The position numbers were made by a program, and so were the translations under genes. From contig JACPPJ010000013.1 of the NCBI GenBank assembly GCA_016191085.1, forward strand, positions 9,415 to 73,414: a stretch of 64,000 bases of DNA, written 5' to 3'. This document shows, piece by piece, positions 56,343 through 64,000 of the stretch (positions within the stretch are counted from its first letter, which is position 1; each line of letters starts with the position of its first letter). The notes beneath the pieces are model-generated. The model searched no databases and was not told the DNA's origin. It saw nothing but the letters and a program-made list of their open reading frames with translations. Source of the DNA: Acidobacteriota bacterium. GTDB lineage: Bacteria > Acidobacteriota > Terriglobia > 2-12-FULL-54-10.

Positions 56343-56821
56343 CTATGAATCACTGTCTTCAAATGGTAGCACCTTCGCAAGTTCGTCCTCGACATCGATC
56401 TTATAGTGGACAGCCAAGAGTGCGACCTGAGGTCCTATTGCGCCTCGAAGCTCGCCGAGAGCCGAGTAGAAGGCAAATGAATCGTGAGGGTAGTGGAGGC
56501 AGCGTTGGTGCGCCTGATTACATTGCATTTGATCCAGAAACTTCCTACAGGCTGCCCGAACGGTGCGCGACGGCCCAGGAGATCGTTCCCATCATCGAGG
56601 CATTTCATCTCATCAGTCAATATCCGGGGAATTTCAATGACCGAATGGATACAGTGCTCGGGCTCCTCCCATGCGTAATCGTTGTAGAGGACACGTCGAT
56701 CTTCAAGAAATCGAATCACCCGGCGTGCGACTTCTGCGTCGGCTGGCTTAGCTGCTCATTGTGCGCCGATCGGACCGACCGTTATGCCATTCAGGCGCCG
56801 TGCAATATCCCGAAATTTCAT
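56343..56821 (-). pseudogene. Decayed conserved-hypothetical gene (in-frame TGA plus one frameshift)
   Basis: MKFRDIARRLNGITVGPIGAQ-[TGA 56756-56758]-AAKPADAEVARRVIRFLEDRRVLYNDYAWEEPEHCIHSVIEIPRILTDEMKCLDDGNDLL. It then continues convincingly only in another frame (...CRKFLDQMQCNQ...FYSALGELRGAIGPQVALLAVHYKIDVEDELAKVLPFEDSDS). AT-richer than the flanks. Confidence 0.5.
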
Positions 56822-56869
56822 CAAGTAACCTTTCCGCCCGCCGAGGATTTCCGTCAGAAGGTACGAGCG

Positions 56870-58150
56870 TCACTGCCCCGCGAGGGCTTTATCCAGAGCT
56901 TCCACGGCGCGGTCGAGGTCTTCGTCTGGGGTGACAAGCGGTGGCTGGATTCGGAGGACGTTGCCGTAAGCCCCTCCCACGCCGATCAGGAAGCCTTGCT
57001 CCAGCATGCGGTCTTGGACGCGCTCGGCGGCGGCAGCATCGGGAGTTTTCGCATCGCGGTCGGAGACGAGTTCGACTCCAATCATCAGGCCCAGACCGCG
57101 CACCTCTCCAATAGTGGCGTGCTTATCTGAGACACGTCGTAGTTTCTCGATTACACGTCTCCCTTTGATCGCGGAACACTCCGCCAGTTTCTCGCAGCGG
57201 AACAGTTCGATGTTGGCGAGAGCCGCAGCGCATGATACAGGATTGCCGCCGAAGGTGCTCAGGTGATCGCCGGGCGTGAAGGCTTTTGCGATCTCGTGAC
57301 GCGTGGTAAAGGCCGAAAGCGGAAAGCCATTGGCGATTCCCTTGGCTGTCACAACAATATCGGGCACAACCCGGTAATGCTCGATCGCGAGCATCTTTCC
57401 GGTGCGGCCGAAGCCGCTCTGCACTTCGTCGCAGATGAACAGAATGCCGCGGCGGTCGAGAATCTCTTTCACGTACTTAAAGTAGTTCGGCGGCGGGACG
57501 ATGATGCCGCCTTCGCCCAGCACGGGCTCGGCGATAAACGCGGCCACATCGCCCGCTGTGTTGAAGTCAATGGTGCGCTCGACATCGCGGGCGCACTCGC
57601 GCGCGCAGGTTTCCGGATCACTGCCATAAGGACTGCGATACGGATACGGTACCGAAGCGAATGCCGTGCCGGGAAGATATGGGCCGCCCTTCTTCTTGCG
57701 CTTCCAATTGCCGCTGACGCTCAGCGTGGCGGCAGTGCGGCCGTGGAAAGACATTTCGAGCGCCACAAACTCGCTGCGTCCGGTGTACTGCTTCGCCAGA
57801 CGCATGGCGCCCTCGATCGCCTCCGCGCCGCTGTTACCAAAAAACGATACGCGCAGCTCCGGGATCGGCATGATTCCGGCGAGCGCCTCCGCCAGATCGG
57901 CAGTGGGCTTGTTGTGATAGATGTAAGAATTCGAGTGCACCAGCTTGCGCATCTGCGCGGCGGCGGCGTCAATGATCTCGGCCCTGTTATGCCCGGCGTT
58001 GGCGACGGAGATGCCGGAGAAGAGGTCCAGGTACGCACGGCCGTTCTCGTCCCAAACCGTGCTGCCTTCCGCGCGATCAATGACTATGGGCTGGATCTTT
58101 TTCAGGAAATTGGTGTTGACGTAGCGTTGGTACTTTTCGATGGTGTTCAT
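56870..58150 (-). CDS. Class-III PLP-dependent aminotransferase (acetylornithine/GABA aminotransferase family)
   Basis: YLDLFSGISVANAGH, FIAEPVLGEGGIIVPP, and DEVQSGFGRTGKMLAIEH with the PLP-Lys context VVTAKGIANG. Confidence 0.9.
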   Translation of the reverse strand: MNTIEKYQRYVNTNFLKKIQPIVIDRAEGSTVWDENGRAYLDLFSGISVANAGHNRAEIIDAAAAQMRKLVHSNSYIYHNKPTADLAEALAGIMPIPELRVSFFGNSGAEAIEGAMRLAKQYTGRSEFVALEMSFHGRTAATLSVSGNWKRKKKGGPYLPGTAFASVPYPYRSPYGSDPETCARECARDVERTIDFNTAGDVAAFIAEPVLGEGGIIVPPPNYFKYVKEILDRRGILFICDEVQSGFGRTGKMLAIEHYRVVPDIVVTAKGIANGFPLSAFTTRHEIAKAFTPGDHLSTFGGNPVSCAAALANIELFRCEKLAECSAIKGRRVIEKLRRVSDKHATIGEVRGLGLMIGVELVSDRDAKTPDAAAAERVQDRMLEQGFLIGVGGAYGNVLRIQPPLVTPDEDLDRAVEALDKALAGQ

Positions 58151-58181
58151 ATACCAGAAGAGTATAACCCTGCGCAGCCTG

Positions 58182-58241
58182 ATACCGTCGCAGAACGCCG
58201 ATCACTTTCCCCTGGACCTTGACTTCGGCTGCCGGGACCAC
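58182..58241. repeat. Remnant copy of the lexA 3' end (direct repeat, left copy)
   Basis: ataccgtcgcagaacgccgatcactttcccctggaccttgacttcggctgccgggaccac, compared with 59071-59129, has 4 mismatches and a 1-nt indel. It translates (minus strand) as VPAAEVKVQGKVIGVLRRY, with the stop replaced by CAG. Confidence 0.85.
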
Positions 58242-58376
58242 GGTGGCGGAGGCCCATGCCAGATGGGCGCCCGCCGCTCGGGACAGCAGACTTCGTGGAG
58301 CCATCTAATACGCACAGGTCCACGGACTAGTTCCACATACAGCCGGTCGTCGCTCGATGCCGGTGAGCTTGTAGCA

Positions 58377-59009
58377 CTACCGTTTGCCGGGGGGAGGGGT
58401 AATGTTCTGAACCCTTACGCTGTTCTGCCCAGGCATGACAGCATAGATATGGTCCCCAGACACGGCAAGTTCAGCGCCAATAGGAAAGTCTACCGACCAA
58501 TAATCGTCTTCAGTTTGACCCCAATAGGCCAACGAGTCCGGAGCTTCGCGTTCTTCCGCTGTTATAGCCATTTCACGATACGCTCCCATATTACTTTTTA
58601 CGAGATAACCTTTCTTATAGGGTCTTATGTCCGCAAAAGTTGCCCTGCCATTTACGTTTGCTCTCCAAAAGGATCTTCCTATATCCGCATTCAACCGCTG
58701 AAACGTAAGGTCGAAACCGATGATCGCGATCTCGTTGCGGTCCGCGCGGTATACAGGCTGCGCCGTGATTGGAGCGTCAAGCAAGTAGGTCCATATGATT
58801 TTCTGATCAGGCCCTAGCATTTAGAGCGTATCACCCGCAATCACAATAATTCTGCCATCGGGCAAAGCAACCGGTGGAATCTTAGCGATTGGCTTCCCCC
58901 AATTGGGACCAGATTGTAGGGTAAGGAATCCCGGTTGCTGAGTCGGGCTGGGCTTCTCCAAATCGACTTGGAATGATCCTGCCGGTAACGCGATCAAAAC
59001 TGCTAGCAA
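58377..59009 (-). pseudogene. Decayed beta-propeller-like (PQQ/BamB-like repeat) gene
   Basis: Two track ORFs (58821-59009 and 58377-58820) are in the same frame, separated only by a TAA. Upstream, a strong SD+ATG (aggagggaaagaATG, MRTRTAS...) is out of frame with the rest. The sequence has G-x-I-W...repeat character. AT-richer. Confidence 0.4.
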
Positions 59010-59067
59010 GAGGCCGTGCGTGTGCGCATTCTTTCCCTCCTTCTCGGTCAGGAAAATTCCGAAGCCC

Positions 59068-59697
59068 CTAATACCGCCGCAGAACGCCGATCACTTTTCC
59101 CTGGACCTTGACATCGGCTGCGGGAACACGCATTGGGGACATTTGCGAATTGGACGGCTGCAGCCGGATGCACCCGCCCGGTTCGCGGTAAAGACGCTTG
59201 AGGGTGCTTTCGGTTTCCCCCACCAGGGCTACCGCCATCTCGCCGTCCGGAACGGTCTCGGCCTTCTGTACCAGAATGTAATCGCCGTCCATGATATGCT
59301 CATCGATCATGGAATCGCCTTTTACCTGCAACACGAATACATCCTTCTTTCCTGCAAAATCAGTCAGTGAAATCGTCTCGGGTTGCTGCGGCGCCTCGAC
59401 GGGACGGCCTGCAGCGATGCGGCCCAACAATGGAAGCTCGACGGCTCCGCCGCGCTCCTGTCGTGAGCGGCGCTGTTCCTGCAGGTACTTCGGTCCCGGC
59501 TCGAGCGAGCGGCTCTTGTTGTAGCCGCGACGGAGAAAGCCTTTTCGCTCCAGTGTCGAGATGTGTTTGTGCACAGTCGCAAGCGAGCGCAGGCGCAGAC
59601 CCGTTCCGACCTCTTCAAAACTGGGACTGTAGCCGTGTTCGCGCAAGAAACCCGCGATAAAGTCCATCACCTCTCGCTGCCGTCGCGTGAGTACCAT
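59068..59697 (-). CDS. lexA: SOS repressor LexA
   Basis: MVLTRRQREVMDFIAGFLREHGYSPSFEEV (wHTH), cleavage-site region LLGRIAAGRPVEA, and the S24 peptidase Ser/Lys (VKGDSMID...ALVGETESTLKRL). ATG 59697 with GGGAGG upstream. Confidence 0.92.
   Translation of the reverse strand: MVLTRRQREVMDFIAGFLREHGYSPSFEEVGTGLRLRSLATVHKHISTLERKGFLRRGYNKSRSLEPGPKYLQEQRRSRQERGGAVELPLLGRIAAGRPVEAPQQPETISLTDFAGKKDVFVLQVKGDSMIDEHIMDGDYILVQKAETVPDGEMAVALVGETESTLKRLYREPGGCIRLQPSNSQMSPMRVPAADVKVQGKVIGVLRRY
59071..59129. repeat. lexA 3' end (direct repeat, right copy, functional)
   Basis: Partner of 58182-58241, in the same orientation. The copies are 889 bp apart (59071 minus 58182). Confidence 0.85.
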
Positions 59698-59757
59698 TTC
59701 AGCCGCCTCCCTACTCTGAACGCACCATTGCCGTGTGGGCCGACCGTTGCTGCTCAT

Positions 59758-59786
59758 AGTATAGGTGAACAAAAGGCGAATCTCAA
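59758..59786 (-). promoter_or_regulatory. Candidate lexA promoter
   Basis: Minus strand TTGAGA (59786-59781), 17 nt, then TATACT (59763-59758). An imperfect inverted repeat TGTTCA-N9-TGAGCA overlaps the -10 box. Confidence 0.4.
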
Positions 59787-60016
59787 GTTTGTGTCAATAT
59801 ATTCGGCGAAAGTACCGGGATCAGCACGGCTGTTATCCCGCTATGGAACAGCGCTCTTCAAACGTATGTAGCCCGATTCCACTTACGCTCTCCGCATCGC
59901 GGCTACGAATAACACCTAAGTTCTCCGTTTATAATCCATTCCCGCCAACTGCATTCGTCGGCTGATTGCGTGCTTTGTGCCGACTGGAAAGAATCGGCGT
60001 TCCCGAAAGGACGGAA

Positions 60017-63000
60017 ATGCGAATGCGTACAACTGCGGCGAAGGGGATTCTGCTGTTACTCGTCACGACTGCGATGATTGCGTCAGCGATGGCGGCTGGT
60101 CCGCGGAACGGTGATCCCGCCCGATTTCATGACGCGAGAATTCTCGCTAAATTTCGTGACGGCGTGACACCTGCGCAGCAAAGCGCGATCCTGCAAGGTC
60201 TCGGCGCGCGTGGCAGCAAAACCATCGGTCCTGGCATCCACGTGCTCGAGGTCGGCAAAGGACGAGTACTCTCCGTCGTTCAAGCATTAAAAGCTTCCCC
60301 CGACGTCCTCTACGCCGAGCCGGATTACATACATAGCATCGACGCGGGCGTGTTGCCGAACGATCCCTCCGAACCGCTCCGGTGGGACACCCAAAACACC
60401 GGGCAGGCTGTCGACTTCACAACAGGCACGCCAGGCGCAGACCAGCGCACGCTCGGCGCGTGGAGCGTTACCACGGGGGGCAACTCCGTGGTGGTGGCGG
60501 TGCTCGATACAGGCGTGCAATATTCGCATCCCGATCTGTTGACCAACATGTGGGTGAATCCCGGAGGAGTGGGCGGCTGCCCGGCCGGGACATTCGGGTT
60601 CAACGTGATCAATAACACGTGCGATCCGATGGACGACGAGGTAAGCCCGTACGGCTACACCGGCCACGGCACGCATATGGCGGGCATCATTGGAGCAATT
60701 GGAAACAACGGAATCGGTGTCGCCGGCGTGAACTGGACCACCAGCATCATGGCCGTGAAGTGGATTCATCCCAACGACGACGGGTTTACGAGCGACCTGA
60801 TCGCGGCAATGGACTTCGTGCTCAAAGCCAAGGCCGCCGGTGTGAACGTGAGAGTCGTCAACGATTCAGCCAGCTATCCCGGTACGGCGTATTCGCAGGC
60901 CCTGGCGGACCAGATTGATCTGCTCGGCGCCAATGACATTTTGTTCGTCACCTCGGCGGGAAACACACAGGAGAATAACGACACGACGCCGCGGTATCCC
61001 TGCTCTTATAACCGTCCGACGGAAATCTGCGTGGCGGCCAGTGACCAGGATGACAGGCTGTGGGATTACTCCAACTCGGGCGTCAATTCGGTTGACTTGG
61101 CGGCACCCGGTGTAAACATCTTCTCACCGAACCGCTTCAGCGGTTGGGACCTCATCAGCGGCAGCTCCGATTCAGCCGCGCAGGTCTCCGGCGCCGCTGC
61201 TCTGATCCTTTCCGCGCAGAACCTGAGCGTCGCGGCGCTGAAGTCCAAAATCCTCAGCAATGTGGACCAACTGCCGGCATTGACCTCGGTGGTAGCAACC
61301 GGAGGGAGGTTGAACGTCTGCAAAGCGGTTCCAGGATGCAATGACGGAGTCACGGCAACCCCCGCCAACACCTCGCGCCCGGTGGTTGCGGGCACGCCCA
61401 GGTTCGGCTCGATTCTCAACGCTTCCACGGGCGTATGGACCGGCGTACCGACGCGGTACACCTACCAGTGGCTGCGCTGCGGTTCGGCAGGCGGTAACTG
61501 CACAGATATTCCGGGAGCTACTTCGGCGACATACGCGATGCTGGCGGCGGCCGATACCAATGCCACGTTCCGCGTAAACGTCACCGCATGGAACGCTGCG
61601 GGCTCCTCCACAGCGCAATCGAACGCCAGCGCAGTCGCGGCCTCAGCGGCATCGCCGTTCGCGATCACTTCAACGATTACCGGCGGTACGCTGAGCGGCA
61701 ACAGAGTATGGCAGGCGACTCCGGGGCAGCCCGTGGCGTTCGTGCAGTTCTACATTGACGGCGCACCCGCGCAGATGATCAGCTCTTCTCCATATCAGTT
61801 CAACCAGAGCAGCAGCGGCATGCTCGACACCACCACGCTCGCAAACGGGACGTATGTCCTTGGCATTCGCGCTCTCTCCAGCGATGCGAGAACGTACGGC
61901 TTCCAGTCGGCGACCGTGACAATCGCGAACGCGCCGCAGAATACCGGCTTGCCGGCCGTCACCGGTTCGCCTGTACAAGGACAGACCCTGACGACCTCCA
62001 ACGGCACGTGGACGAACAGCCCTACCAGCTTCGCGTACTCATGGCTACGTTGCGACGGCGCTGGAGCAAACTGCACCACCATCACCGGTGCGACCGCCAG
62101 CACCTATATACTCGTAGCCGCCGACGTGGGCTCCACGATCCGGTCCTCGGTGCGCGCAACAAATTCCAACGGTTCGAATACGGCAAACTCGTCGGCCACG
62201 GCAACGGTGACGGCGTCCTCCACTCCGTCCATCGTGACCAGCCCGTTACCCGTGGGCACCCAGTCGGTTGCCTACAGCGCCACGCTGCAAGCGGCGGGCG
62301 GCACGGGGACGTATACCTGGAGCATCGTGTCGGGGACGCTGCCTTCCGGTTTAGGCCTCGCGGCATCCACAGGAACGATCTCCGGCACGCCCTCAGCGAT
62401 CGGGACGAGCAACTTCACCGTACGCGTGACCGACTCGTCATCGCAATTCGCCACCAAGGCGCTCAGTATCAGCGTGGTGGCTGCGGGAGGAGGCGGCGCC
62501 GCCGCAATCAGGCTGATTCAGTCCGCTTCTGGTGAAAACCTCGGCCAGATTTCGCAGTCGGTCCCGTTCGCATCTTCCAATACGGCGGGCAACCTCATCA
62601 TCGCGTTCGTGCGCTACGGCACCCTCACTAACACCGTGAGTATCACCGACAGCGCCGGAAACGTATACACGGAAGCCGCCATGGTGCAGCAACTGAGCGA
62701 GGGCGATCAGGCCCGACTGTTTTACGCCAAGAACATCGCCGGTGGGCCGAACACCGTAACGGCTACATTCTCGGATCTCAGCGGCTTTACCTGGTTAGCG
62801 GTGCATGAGTATAGCGGTCTCAGCAGGACGAACCCACTCGACCAGACCGCTACCGGGTTCAACTCGACGATACAGGCAGCTACCAGCGCGACCGGACAGA
62901 CCCAGTCCCCCAACGAGTTGCTTTTCGCCGGCATCGCCACCCGACCGGAGCCGGGGCTGGTACTGACTCCGGGCGGCGGCTTCAGCGTCATGCAGGTGAG

Positions 63001-64000
63001 TTCGCCGTCCAACGGCGGCGCCACGGAATCGCGCGTGGTGACATCCACCGGCTCGTATCAAGGCAGCTTCACGCTGAACTTTTCCACCGAATGGGCCATG
63101 ATTCTGGCCACCTTTGCTCCCGATATACCGCTCAGCATCCCCACGAGCTCTCTGCCCGGCGCGGTGCAGAACTCCGGGTACGCTGCAACCGTCTCGGCGG
63201 CGGGCGGCGCGCCGCCGTACACTTGGAGCGTCACCGTGGGAACGCTGCCCGCAGGCCTGACGCTGGCCGCCAACTCGGGCATCATCTCGGGGACACCAAC
63301 CGCGCTCGGCACCAGCAATTTCACGGTGCAGGTGAGGGACTCGGCAGCACAGACGACCACCAGAGCACTGACCCTAACGGTGACGGCTCCCTCGCTCTCC
63401 ATCACCACAGCGACTCTGCCGATAGCCGTTCAGAACCGGGCCTTCAGCACTGCGCTCGGCGCATCGGCAGGAACGCAGCCATATTCCTGGAGCATCGCGA
63501 GCGGCAGCCCGCCTCCGGGACTCACGCTCACGGCAGGCACGGGAGAAATTTCTGGAACGCCGACCACAACCGGCACGTTTAGTTTCACTGCGCGCGTAAC
63601 GGACAGCGCCTCGGCGACGGCTACCAAAGCTCTGAGCCTCACCGTGAACCCGCCGCTGTCAGTCGCCACCAACGCATTACCTGGGGCAACGGTATCCACT
63701 TTCTACCATGTGTTCCTCTCCGCGTCGGGAGGCAACTCATCGTCCTACACATGGGCGATCACATCCGGCACGCTGCCGGTGGGCTTCACGCTGGCGCCTA
63801 CCATCGGCGCCATATCCGGCACGCCCAGCACGTTGGGAACGTCCAATTTCACGGTGCAGGTCACAGATGGAAACGGGCAGACCGCATCCAGAGCACTCCA
63901 GATCACAGTCTTTGCGGCAGGTTTCGTGGTCTCGACCACCTCGATGCCCAGCGGGACTGTGGGCACAGCGTACAGCGGCAACCTATTCGCCACCGGTGGA
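60017..64000 (+). CDS. Giant secreted subtilisin-like (S8) serine protease with Ig-like and He_PIG-type repeats (continues beyond the right edge)
   Basis: Not in the track (no stop in window). Own translation: MRMRTTAAKGILLLLVTTAMIASAMA (signal), an inhibitor-I9-like propeptide, and the catalytic triad contexts VAVLDTGV, HGTHMAGIIG and SGSSDSAAQVSGAAAL. Then 2 repeats of the G-x-W-x...Y-x-W-x-RC type and at least 5 repeats of the type Y-x-A-x-L-x-A-x-GG-x-x-x-Y-x-W-x-x-x-x-G-x-LP-x-GL-x-L...ISGTP...GTSNFTVxV. The frame is open for all 1328 codons. Confidence 0.85.
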   Translation, partial: MRMRTTAAKGILLLLVTTAMIASAMAAGPRNGDPARFHDARILAKFRDGVTPAQQSAILQGLGARGSKTIGPGIHVLEVGKGRVLSVVQALKASPDVLYAEPDYIHSIDAGVLPNDPSEPLRWDTQNTGQAVDFTTGTPGADQRTLGAWSVTTGGNSVVVAVLDTGVQYSHPDLLTNMWVNPGGVGGCPAGTFGFNVINNTCDPMDDEVSPYGYTGHGTHMAGIIGAIGNNGIGVAGVNWTTSIMAVKWIHPNDDGFTSDLIAAMDFVLKAKAAGVNVRVVNDSASYPGTAYSQALADQIDLLGANDILFVTSAGNTQENNDTTPRYPCSYNRPTEICVAASDQDDRLWDYSNSGVNSVDLAAPGVNIFSPNRFSGWDLISGSSDSAAQVSGAAALILSAQNLSVAALKSKILSNVDQLPALTSVVATGGRLNVCKAVPGCNDGVTATPANTSRPVVAGTPRFGSILNASTGVWTGVPTRYTYQWLRCGSAGGNCTDIPGATSATYAMLAAADTNATFRVNVTAWNAAGSSTAQSNASAVAASAASPFAITSTITGGTLSGNRVWQATPGQPVAFVQFYIDGAPAQMISSSPYQFNQSSSGMLDTTTLANGTYVLGIRALSSDARTYGFQSATVTIANAPQNTGLPAVTGSPVQGQTLTTSNGTWTNSPTSFAYSWLRCDGAGANCTTITGATASTYILVAADVGSTIRSSVRATNSNGSNTANSSATATVTASSTPSIVTSPLPVGTQSVAYSATLQAAGGTGTYTWSIVSGTLPSGLGLAASTGTISGTPSAIGTSNFTVRVTDSSSQFATKALSISVVAAGGGGAAAIRLIQSASGENLGQISQSVPFASSNTAGNLIIAFVRYGTLTNTVSITDSAGNVYTEAAMVQQLSEGDQARLFYAKNIAGGPNTVTATFSDLSGFTWLAVHEYSGLSRTNPLDQTATGFNSTIQAATSATGQTQSPNELLFAGIATRPEPGLVLTPGGGFSVMQVSSPSNGGATESRVVTSTGSYQGSFTLNFSTEWAMILATFAPDIPLSIPTSSLPGAVQNSGYAATVSAAGGAPPYTWSVTVGTLPAGLTLAANSGIISGTPTALGTSNFTVQVRDSAAQTTTRALTLTVTAPSLSITTATLPIAVQNRAFSTALGASAGTQPYSWSIASGSPPPGLTLTAGTGEISGTPTTTGTFSFTARVTDSASATATKALSLTVNPPLSVATNALPGATVSTFYHVFLSASGGNSSSYTWAITSGTLPVGFTLAPTIGAISGTPSTLGTSNFTVQVTDGNGQTASRALQITVFAAGFVVSTTSMPSGTVGTAYSGNLFATGG

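Noticed and set aside
54672-58222. Plus-strand ORFs 54672-55550, 55024-55734, 56345-57130 and 57263-58222
   Set aside because: They are antisense to proA, proB, the decayed gene and the aminotransferase, all of which have clear signatures on the minus strand.
58077-58304. 75-aa minus-strand ORF upstream of the aminotransferase
   Set aside because: Its middle part is the duplicated lexA 3' end read through a mutated stop (…AEVKVQGKVIGVLRRYQ…). I treat it as a remnant, not a gene.
59698-59800. Canonical SOS boxes upstream of lexA
   Set aside because: I found no CTGT-N8-ACAG, no GAAC-N4-GTTC and no GTTC-N7-GTTC. There is only an imperfect TGTTCA-N9-TGAGCA inverted repeat over the -10 box, which is too weak to call an operator without comparative data.

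Overview
High-GC chromosomal segment that looks acidobacterial, Solibacter/Bryobacter-like. The basis is that two giant secreted proteins end in what I recall as the TIGR03437 'Solibacter C-terminal domain'. Most genes are housekeeping: tctCBA, modABC, dnaK-dnaJ-hspR, ispG, panBC, ribF, gatB, proBA, lexA. Two pilus systems sit among them: a complete Tad/Flp locus (21.1-35.4 kb) with a second, orphan cpaF at 15.8 kb, and a type IVa pilB-pilT-pilC motor block (38.4-42.6 kb). Five coding regions are absent from the supplied ORF track and were found by reading the DNA. They are a Tat-signal molybdoenzyme running off the left edge (1-690, minus), a 58-aa Flp prepilin (22758-22934), a 53-aa membrane mini-ORF after tadC (35247-35408), a Bcp peroxiredoxin with in-frame TGA at the peroxidatic Cys position (53055-53507, probable selenoprotein), and an S8 protease over 1300 aa long running off the right edge (60017-64000). 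Non-coding structure is rich. A ~125-nt nested-palindrome repeat family has 7 copies, 6 of them beside Tad genes. There are also inverted arrays of a 7-nt repeat, a 127-bp hairpin-in-hairpin inverted-repeat element, and a duplicated lexA 3' end bracketing an AT-richer ~0.9 kb insertion. Three AT-richer islets (14.2-15.8, 56.1-56.9, 58.2-59.1 kb) hold orphan antitoxin-like genes, decayed genes and an uncharacterised 319-aa protein. My best candidates for something undescribed are the HicB / 319-aa / BrnA-like islet and the polytopic GT-C-like membrane protein immediately downstream of the Flp pilin. All family assignments come from reading motifs by eye and from memory, with no database search.
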